A DNA stretch of 64,000 nucleotides, taken from Felis catus (taxonomy: Eukaryota). Made by a program: the position numbers and the translations under genes. Shown one piece after another: positions 26,134-34,641 of the stretch. Position 1 is the first letter of the stretch. Every line of letters starts with the position of its first letter. Location of the stretch: positions 138,944,001-139,008,000 of the forward strand of contig NC_058368.1 of the NCBI RefSeq assembly GCF_018350175.1, given 5' to 3'. The notes under the pieces are model-generated. The model ran no database searches and was not told the origin of the DNA. It was given only the letters and a program-made list of their open reading frames with translations.

Positions 26134-26380
26134 GGGGCGCCTGGGTGGCGCAGTCGGTTAAGCGTCCGACTTCAGCCAGGTCACGATCTCGCGGTCCGTG
26201 AGTTCGAGCCCCGCGTCGGGCTCTGGGCTGATGGCTCGGAGCCTGGAGCCTGTTTCCGAATCTGTGTCTCCCTCTCTCTCTGCCCCTCCCCCGTTCATGC
26301 TCTGTCTCTCTCTGTCCCGAAAATAAATAAACGTTGAAAAAACAAAAAAATTTAAAAAAATAAAAAATAAATTAAAAAAA
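26134..26380 (+). mobile_element. Young felid SINE in ENC1 intron 2 (antisense to the gene)
   Basis: TSD ttaaaaa..ggcaa. Confidence 0.95.
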
Positions 26381-28249
26381 GGCAAACCGGGCCCTGTCAG
26401 ATTTCGTTGTTCTGGGCTGGCCTCCGGCTGGGAGCACCAAGGGTGGGTAGGTGTTTCACATATGACCTAACACTTTATTTGCTCGTTTCCCAGGGACCGG
26501 AAGTATGTGCTTAGGTTCAAATACCCAGGATAGGGTGAATTCAAGTGTTTGCCAACATACTCTGGGCTGAGAAAGGAGGCACCAAAAATGAAGTACAAAC
26601 ATTCCAATCAGATAATGGTCAAACTCCACACACAAAGCTAATTCCATGACAAGTCAAGGTCTAAATTGAAGGAGGAAACAAAGCTAAGAGTATTGAACAC
26701 CTGATACACGTCAGGCACTGGGCAAGGTATTTTTCTCTCCCTTCCCCCACCCCTTATCAATTCACCCAAGTCTGGGGACGGAGCTAGGAGAAGCCTCATT
26801 CAAATCACTCATTTGACAAAGGAGGGATCCGAAGTACAGAAAGGTCTAGACACCACAGCTTAGAGCCAGAGCCAGAATGCACATGTGGCCTCTTCCTGCC
26901 TCAGTTTCCTTACCTTGCTCCAAGGATGCCAGCCAATCGGCCGGTCATCATTCTGACGTGCCACCGCCATCACTGGCCATTTTTATGGCTCTCCCGTGCA
27001 AACTTAGTCGGTTCTGGACTAACACCGAACTTAGCGCGCTGTTAATTGATGCTTTTGCCTAGAAGGTTCTTGAAACCTGCTTTAGACTTGAGTCATGCGC
27101 TCATATCGCAGAGGAAATAACCACATTCAGAGCATTTGTTTACTTAGGATTACTGAGATGCCAGCAAGGCTGCAAAAACCAGTTTGGTGCGGGACGCTGT
27201 CAGCCCAGCTCCCCACAGGAGGTTTCTGACTGTTCCAGCTCCTTTGAACGAACTTCATCCCAAGGTTACACTACATTATAAGAATGCTACTAACTGTAAT
27301 GGGCTGGAGAGATAACTGAAGAGACGAAAAAGAAAGAAAGAGTAATTGTAAAAGTGAGGCCGACTTCAGTGGTGTCTTAAAACGAGCCGTACGAAATGTG
27401 GAAAGGAAAGACAAATGAGTCAAAATCCCTCTTTGCTTTGCTTGCAAAGACTCCTTGATTTCCTTTTTTTCCCCTTGAAAGTCCCCTTCAAAAACGTGAA
27501 ACATACTAGGGAAAACAGAGCCAAAAGTTTTCAAGGAATGAGTCAGTTTTCACTGTACTTCCTCCAAAGCAAAGTTTTGATTTTATTCTCTTACTATTAG
27601 GAACAAGCCCGTGAATTAGCAAAACAAATCAACAAAGTCCACGTATTCTGTGCTACACTTAGACATGCCTAAGTGGTTCCTGGGGCCAATGCTAAGGATA
27701 CTTAACGGCAGCAAAGCGGCCATTAGCTTCACGAACGCTGAACTGTGTAGACCTATTAATTATTTGAGCCAAGGGTATTATATACTCTTAAGTACACAAG
27801 ACGACCATTATGGACTCAGATATATGACACGGAAAGACAACTTTTGTTAGCCCTGACAATAGGCTCAGCCTGTCTGATTAACTCTGAAAGGCTGCAGTAT
27901 AAGGCGGTCTAGATGGTTCAGTGTATCCACGCCGCAGACAAATTTATACAATGCAGGTGCAACTTTTTTACAAGGATAGACCTTGACTTCCCTCGAAAGC
28001 TAATAAATGCCTAAAGGGGGCTATTATTTTTTTTTTTTTTTTGAGGAAAAGAAGTTTTAAATAAGCAAACAAATAATATTGGAGAGAATGAACTACGAAT
28101 AAATTTAAGCATTCAGTTTTTTACACCCTACTTCATTCCAGAAAAGGGTTTGAGGAATCTAAGTTTGGACGTCACCAAATATCTCCTGGAGTGATACCAA
28201 TGTGAAGCTCAAGTTTATTAAGCAGTTGAGCATGATGCTCACATGCTTC

Positions 28250-28490
28250 CACCCTGGAGCCAGAGTGCCTGGGTTGTTTTCTCGACCAACTCCTCCACAG
28301 ACTAAGCTCTATGACCTTGGGCAACTTACTTATTTAACCTCTGGGTGCATCAGTTGTTTTCGTCTATAAAACGCTCTAGTAATAGTATCTCGCGAGGTTG
28401 TTGTCAGGATCAAATGAAATGATCCATGTGAAACACACGGCCCGGCTCCAGGCATACAGGGAGGGCTCATTAAGCATGGGTTGGCATCAT
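28250..28490 (+). mobile_element. MIR in ENC1 intron 2
   Basis: tgaccttgggcaacttactta...cctctgggtgcatcagtt...gttgttgtcaggatcaaatga. Confidence 0.65.
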
Positions 28491-28502
28491 TAACGTAGGT
28501 CG

Positions 28503-28665
28503 GGGGTTCTCAACCTGGCTGTGTATTAGAATCACTAGAAAACGTTCTAAAGGTGCTGAGGCCTGGGACCTACCCAGACCAAATGAAATCCAGTCTCCGG
28601 GACGGGAAGCTCTTGAAAAGCTCTCTGGGAGGTTCCTAGGCTCAGTCAAGGCTGAGAAGCACTGA
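28503..28665. mobile_element. MER5A-like hAT-Charlie DNA transposon immediately after the exon 2 donor
   Basis: ggttctcaacctggctg..attagaatcac...tgagaagcactg with degenerate terminal inverted repeats. Confidence 0.65.
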
Positions 28666-28678
28666 CTTAACGTCTTAC

Positions 28679-30493
28679 CTCACGCTCGCTTCCTTCACGA
28701 TGTCCCGCGCCTAAGAAGGCAGATGTTTCCAGGTGCTGACAAACGCAGTAGGGATCAGCGAGTACGGGACCGTGGTTATGCTGTTCCACACATCTAACGT
28801 TGGATCATAGCAGTCCAAAGTCTTGCATCGCTGAATGCCAAAGTAGCCTCCAACCACGTAGAGTTTGTTTCCGGAGGCCACGGCGTGGCAGCTCATGCGC
28901 TTTGCCGTCACGTCTCCCACCTTGGTCCACTGGTAAGTCTCGCTGTTGAATTTGTAAGCAGAGCAGGCGGAGAACTCTGTGTCTCCCCCCATAATGAAAA
29001 TCTGGTTACCCAGCACAGCGGCCGCTGTGTAACGCCAGGGCTGGGGACAGGTGGCGGGTACCGTCCACCTGTTTTCACACTGATCGTAACACTGAACCTT
29101 AGGGAGCTTGTCATGACTGACGCTGGTACCTCCGAAAGCAAACAACTTGAGTTTGGCACTCACTACCGCGGCGTTGCTAACGCCTTCTCGGAGTGGGGCC
29201 ACCATGGTCCATTTGTTGGTTGTGGGGTCATAGTGTTCTACCTGCTTTAGGGAGACTGAGGGCGAGGCCAGGAGACAGCCAGTCGCAGCCGTGTGCCCCC
29301 CAACCACATACAGGCAGTGCTTCAGTTCAGCAGAGCCGTGGCCAAACCTGGCCACCAGCATGGGGGCAGCTTTGGACCACTCTTCATGCAGGGTATCATA
29401 AACCCAGACATCTTTCGAGACCCCGTTTTCAGACCCCCGCCCCCCAGTAATGTACACTTTGCAGCCAATTGCACATGCACTGAACTCTTTTCTGGGGCTG
29501 GGGATGTCAGCCTTGGGAATTATTTCTTTGGCCTTCTGGTCTACCAGGTACAGCTTGTCACACATGAAGGTCTGGCCCCCCAAGAGGAAGAGGGCATGGC
29601 CAGTTTTCCGAGGCCGGGCACAGAGGCTGGTTACCACGCCGTCGTTCTGCAGGATTTTCAGCTTGCACCTGATGGCCTCTTCCACAATCTCCTTGCTCTT
29701 TCTCTGCTTGGTGATGAGTTCCTCCATGGCCACGTTCTCCATGAGATAAATGGCTGGCAGGAGAGCCAGCCTCACTGTCTGCAACAGCTCTGGGAGGTAG
29801 CAATAGCGTTTCTTCAGGTCATAGCTGATCCAGTTAATCGCAGACTCGTACACAAGCCTTTCATCTTCCGTCTCCAGCTCTTCGCTGGACAAGAGCTGCA
29901 CCACCATGTCCTGGGGCAGCTGGAGGAAGTCTTCATTCTTCCTGATGGTTTGGAAATTGCTGAGACACATTCTCCAGGAGAGTTCGTACAGCTTAGTGCA
30001 CTGGTGCGCATCGGAGAGCAGCAGCATGCCCAGGCAGTTGGTGGGGTGCAGATTCTTTTCTAGGAACTCTGCGCATGCATCCCGGATGTCCTGAAACTCC
30101 AGCATGTCACCGGCTTCCAGGAGCGATTCCGCATTTTCTTCGTTGATGATGACCCGGGAGGAGTACGCGTAGTCAAGCAGCAGCTCCAAAACCTCGGGGT
30201 GGATGGAGTTGTCGAAGTTGACCTCACTGTCCTGGCTCTCTTTCAGGCCGCCGCTGAACATGGCTTCAAAGTAGCGGCTGCACGCGGCCAGCACGGCCCG
30301 GTGACAAGGGAAGGTCCTATTTCCAGCATGGAGGAGGACATCCGTGAAGAGGCGCTGCTGGCGTAAAAGGTTCAAGTGCGTGAGGACGCTGTCCGCGTAG
30401 GAAGACTTGTGAAACAGATAGATGTTGATGGAGCCGCTGCTGGCCCTAGACTTGCGGTTCTCATGCACGCTGACTGACATTTTGTTTCCACTC
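28679..30493 (-). other. ENC1: ENC1 exon 2 (13 nt 5'UTR + full CDS + 32 nt 3'UTR)
   Basis: Minus-strand acceptor (TTTTG)n-TTTTTAG|GAGTGGAAACAAAATG with AG at 30495-30494; donor GTGAG|GTAAGA with GT at 28678-28677. Confidence 0.9.
28711..30480 (-). CDS. ENC1: Ectoderm-neural cortex protein 1 (KLHL37), BTB/POZ-BACK-Kelch actin-binding CUL3 adaptor, 589 aa, single coding exon
   Basis: ORF from ATG at 30480 (MSVSVHENRKSRASSGSINIYLFHK...) to TAG at 28711 is 1770 nt. It has a BTB motif (FTDVLL...FPCHRAVLAACSRYFEAMF), a BACK domain, Kelch GG/Y/W repeats and ends TWKHLPS. Recognised from the human ENC1 sequence. Confidence 0.98.
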   Translation of the reverse strand: MSVSVHENRKSRASSGSINIYLFHKSSYADSVLTHLNLLRQQRLFTDVLLHAGNRTFPCHRAVLAACSRYFEAMFSGGLKESQDSEVNFDNSIHPEVLELLLDYAYSSRVIINEENAESLLEAGDMLEFQDIRDACAEFLEKNLHPTNCLGMLLLSDAHQCTKLYELSWRMCLSNFQTIRKNEDFLQLPQDMVVQLLSSEELETEDERLVYESAINWISYDLKKRYCYLPELLQTVRLALLPAIYLMENVAMEELITKQRKSKEIVEEAIRCKLKILQNDGVVTSLCARPRKTGHALFLLGGQTFMCDKLYLVDQKAKEIIPKADIPSPRKEFSACAIGCKVYITGGRGSENGVSKDVWVYDTLHEEWSKAAPMLVARFGHGSAELKHCLYVVGGHTAATGCLLASPSVSLKQVEHYDPTTNKWTMVAPLREGVSNAAVVSAKLKLFAFGGTSVSHDKLPKVQCYDQCENRWTVPATCPQPWRYTAAAVLGNQIFIMGGDTEFSACSAYKFNSETYQWTKVGDVTAKRMSCHAVASGNKLYVVGGYFGIQRCKTLDCYDPTLDVWNSITTVPYSLIPTAFVSTWKHLPS

Positions 30494-30496
30494 CTA

Positions 30497-30526
30497 AAAA
30501 CAAAACAAAACAAAACAAAACAAAAC
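30497..30526 (+). repeat. (CAAAA)n repeat forming the (TTTTG)n acceptor tract of exon 2
   Basis: aaaacaaaacaaaacaaaacaaaacaaaac directly upstream of the acceptor. Confidence 0.9.
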
Positions 30527-33500
30527 AGACCATTGAACAGCGATGCTCCTGAGGCTCAGAACAGCAGAACAAAGCAAAACAAGGAGTCGTGAACAGAGAA
30601 AACAGGACACTTCGCCACTGGTCTTACTGCCCACTGTTCTGAATAGTGGACAGTCAGTCACTCCTGTCCAGCATCAGAGACGGCCACCTAGAAGGAAAGG
30701 CATTCACTGGAACACTGGTGAGCTACTGGAACACTGTTTAAAAAAAAAAAAAAAAAAAAAGCCACTGCTTGAAAGCAGGTTCGTCTTGGAAAACCTGACT
30801 GCCCACTTTCAGGATACTGAAGTCCTCGAGAATGTAAGTCAGCAAAACCCAGGCCTCACTCTCACACCTTCCTGTCCCTTGTCCAGCTGATTCACGCAGG
30901 CCACGTAAAATGCTCGGCCTCCAGCTCTCGTAACGCCAGGATGGGCACCAGCTTTTATGCCCTATGCAACATAAAGCCATGTGTAAAACAAAATACCTAT
31001 TAATTAATCCCATTAAGAACTCCTTTAGTAAGATCCAGTCTCTCTCTGAATCACAGTCAATGGGAAACGTGACATTAAAATCATAGGCCTAGGCCAACTT
31101 CTACTATGATTGGATCTTTCTTTAAGTGTCACAAATAATTTCCAACCAGACAATTCTACCACTGCAGGGTCCTCAAAGAACACCAATATAAACACGACCA
31201 AGTACTGATGAGCAGGCTTTTGTGAAAACACAGAACAGATCCTGGCCACGATCACCACCCATCTTTCTTGCTCTGGACAGCTTCCAAAATGAGGATTTGC
31301 AAACATAAAAGGAAGAATATTTTGAGTAGCATACCCATGACTGCTGTTTTTCTATTCCTCCTGCTTTATATCAATTCTTAGAAAACAAGATGCAAGAACA
31401 AAGGATCTATCCATCCCTCTCTTTTCGATTAGACAGTGCATCACCAGAATCATCCTCATGTACCTGCAAACACGGGCACGTGCATAGGAGTTCAAAATGC
31501 AAACACTGCCTTATCTAAATCAAAAGCCCTTGTGCGTGTGTGTATGTGTGTGTGTTGCCAGCCGTTGTTAATTGAGGGCCACCCTAGAATTTATTTGCTG
31601 ACTGACATGCTTTCCTCCATATTATTGAAATTACTGCAAAATCTAATGCTCTCTTTGGCTTTTTTCAGGAGGTAAACTGTAGGTTAAAGACATAGTAAAT
31701 ACCTATCACCTACCTTCAAAAGCAGAACCACATGCTTTTTTTTTTTTTTTCAAACTGTATCCTTCTGTTATTTCAAAGCAATAAAGCCTTCAAGAACCTG
31801 CCTGTCCAGGGATTCTTAAGGAAGTTGTTTATCCCAAGAGGGTAAACTGTGTGAGTTACAGTATCTGTTCCAAACCCAGAACAGCTAGTTCTCACAGCAT
31901 AGAACTGAAACCTACCACCTCCTTGTTTCCTTCAACCGCCCGGATATTTACTGTTTTGGTTTATATTGCAGTAATTATTAATACATGCAAATGCATGATG
32001 TACCACAGATGCACGGGCTAGATACCAAGCTGGATTTCCTGAGCAGCTGTGGCACAGCACAGCAAACAGCAAAGGCAGCACCAGATTTGCCCTTGACTCC
32101 CCGGCCACGGAGCCGTTAGGTGAGGCAACTTGTTTTCCTTCATTTTTGGATTGTAACTTTTCATCAAGAGTAAACAGCTTACTGGAAGAAAGTTAGTAAC
32201 AAAGTCCTAGGGTTCTGTTGTTCGGAAGACAACATTAGTGTCCATGGTGACTTAGGCTAGGACCCAGGAGCCACACATCACTCTTACCTCAAGCAAAGCC
32301 TCTACAGTCTGGTCCCTTTTAACCAACGCCCAGTGCTCCGGAGAGCCTAACATCTCTGATGCTCTACCATTACAGTTGTGAATTCGTACATCCAGTCCCA
32401 AGTACTTTGAGCACGATTTTAAGCTTAAACCTCAAAAGATGATATGAGGGGAAAAAAAATAAACATAGTATGAATATTCCTATGCCTTACATAGAAACTC
32501 ACAAACATGCCAAATCAAATCAGTAGTTCTTTTTTTAAGCTAATGTTTCGAAAGCACCCTCAAAAGCTGCCTTCTCTCAAGCTAAGAGCGAATACAGCCG
32601 TAACTGGAGAATGAGACTGCCTGCACAAGGTATGTAAGCACCACAGTGCCATCACACCGAGTGGGGATCACACCCGGCCCCAGAACATGTTTCCCTAAGC
32701 ATTAGATTTCAGACAGTGTAAAACAACATTCAGGAGGCTTACACTTAAGAAAACAGTTTGTTTAGAAGGCCTTAGGATATAGGATCTGCATCCCTATGCA
32801 TTCTATGTTTATGCTCCTGCATCTTCCAAGTTGGCCCACAAAACCAGAAGGAAGAGGCTAGCCTGTCATCTTGGCTACCATCCAGATGGAGAAGCATGTC
32901 ACAGTCAAAATCCAACACTCTTACAGCAATATTTGCTTAAAATAAAACGTAAACTTAAAGACCCAAGGGAAACGACCTGCTTTCTGGTTGAAAATTATGC
33001 AAACATCAAAATATCAGCAGAAGCCATTTATGCAGTCACTAAACATACCTTCAACAGAAAATGAATCATCCTTCTGGCATTTTTAAGCCCCCAGAGAAAT
33101 AATATTTGCATGCCAAGTAAGTAGCCAAAAAAAAAAAAAAAAAAAAAAACTGCACACATATACTTAACCTGCATCTACAAAGAAGAGAGAGAAAAGGGCT
33201 GCTATTACCGTGAACATCAAAAGGACTCCTAGTTACAGTAAGTTCAGTTCACTTAATGCTCTTTACCCAAGCCCTCTGCTTCCAACACTTTGCATCCCGT
33301 CACATCTCCTAAGATTTTGAACCTGTTCTCAATGCACTCAAAGGAGAAACTAGGCAGATTTTCTCGGGCATTTACCTTACTGATACAATGGAACTTTAGA
33401 AAGACACTGTCAACGAGAAAAACAATCGACCATACAGCCGCCTGGAACACTTGCAACGCTCTTTAACGCGCTGGCCACACCTGAGAGGGCAACACGAAAT

Positions 33501-34072
33501 TGCATCCTGAACAAGTTTCATGGCTCGTCCCCACCACGCCCACCAATTCCTATCCTTCGAAACTCAGAATATTACACTGAAGGCCAAATACCTGCATGAG
33601 AGGAAATTAATTTTTCAGGAAGTTTTCATTCATTCCCTACAGACATTCCGCCGCAGTGAACATGCCCTGACGAAGGGTGCGTGCGTGTGGCCCCAGCGCT
33701 CCCCTGTGCCCGGTAGGGTGCAACTTGCTCGGCCCTAGGGGCTGCGCGGTGCCGGGCAGAGCGACACCCACCCCGAGGGAAGCGCCGCTTCGGGCGGAGG
33801 AAGGAGACAGATACTACCCTGGCCGGGCTCTCGGATCCCCAGCAGCTCGTCCCGGGGGGCCGCGGACGAGAGGAGGCCCCTCCGGCGATGGCCAGCGTCT
33901 GCACGCTATGGAAGGGCAGCAGCGGCTCCCGAGGTCTCCTCCCCAAGAACAGTTCCCCCACCTCCTCCCAAGTCGGAGTTCCGGGCTCCGGGGCGAACGC
34001 ACCCCCGCAGGCCGAGCAGCCCCGCAAAGCCGCGGCGCCCGCAACAGGTCCCGGGCAGCGGATGAAACTTAC

Positions 34073-34460
34073 AGCAGAGGCGACCGGCGTCGGCGCACAA
34101 CCAGATGGGTTTTCGCCTAGGTCACCAGGCAGGAGGAGACGAGGCGGACGTCTCAGCCCCGGGGAGCGGCGGCGACAACCCGGGCGAAAGGAGCGCGCAT
34201 GGGGCGCCAGCCGGGAAGAGGACAGCGCCTCGCGACTCCCACGCCGCGGCCTCTGCCCGCGACCCGCGGAGCGTCTCCGGGAGCGCGTCTCGGGAAGGGG
34301 GAGCGAGCCTGCGGCTGCCGGCGCCGCGCGAGGAGGCGGGCAGTGCACTCCGGGGAGGGAGCGAGGAAGCGCTGTGTGCGCGCCGGCGGACGCCTGGCGT
34401 CTGGACCCGGTCTCCGCAGCGCCACCGCCTCGCCGCCTCCACTCTGGCTGCCCAAGCAGT
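34073..34460 (-). other. ENC1: ENC1 exon 1 (non-coding 5'UTR); TSS approximate
   Basis: Strong donor CT|GTAAGT (GT at 34072-34071) inside the CpG island; TATA-like element ~30 nt upstream of the inferred start. Confidence 0.65.
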
Positions 34461-34603
34461 CTGCGCCCAGCAGCCGCGCGCCGGGCTATAAGCGGCGCGG
34501 CGCGGCGGGGCGGGGAGGAGAAGGGAGGGGAGGGAGGAGAGGGCGCGGGTGCGGAGTGACACCAGGGGAAGGAGGGAGGAAGCGCGTGAAGGCCTCCCGC
34601 CGT

Positions 34604-34641
34604 GGAGGAGGAGGAGGAGGAGGAGGAAGGGGAGGAGGAGG
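34604..34641 (+). repeat. (GGA)n trinucleotide repeat in promoter
   Basis: ggaggaggaggaggaggaggagga...ggaggaggagg. Confidence 0.9.

Noticed and set aside
28885..30094. Plus-strand ORFs up to 256 aa overlapping ENC1
   Set aside because: Antisense shadows of a GC3-rich CDS with no recognisable domain
30491..30496. Tandem acceptor TAG-GAG at exon 2
   Set aside because: GAG acceptors are rarely used, and a 3-nt shift in the 5'UTR would matter little
30481..30513. 11-aa N-terminal extension (MFCFVFRSGNK) in the 600-aa ORF call
   Set aside because: It starts at a non-ATG codon in the intronic (TTTTG)n tract and crosses the splice acceptor; the true start is the ATG at 30480
32683..33667. p53 half-sites in intron 1 (GAACATGTTT at 32683, GAACATGCCC at 33658)
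   Set aside because: Isolated half-sites without a good adjacent partner; expected by chance
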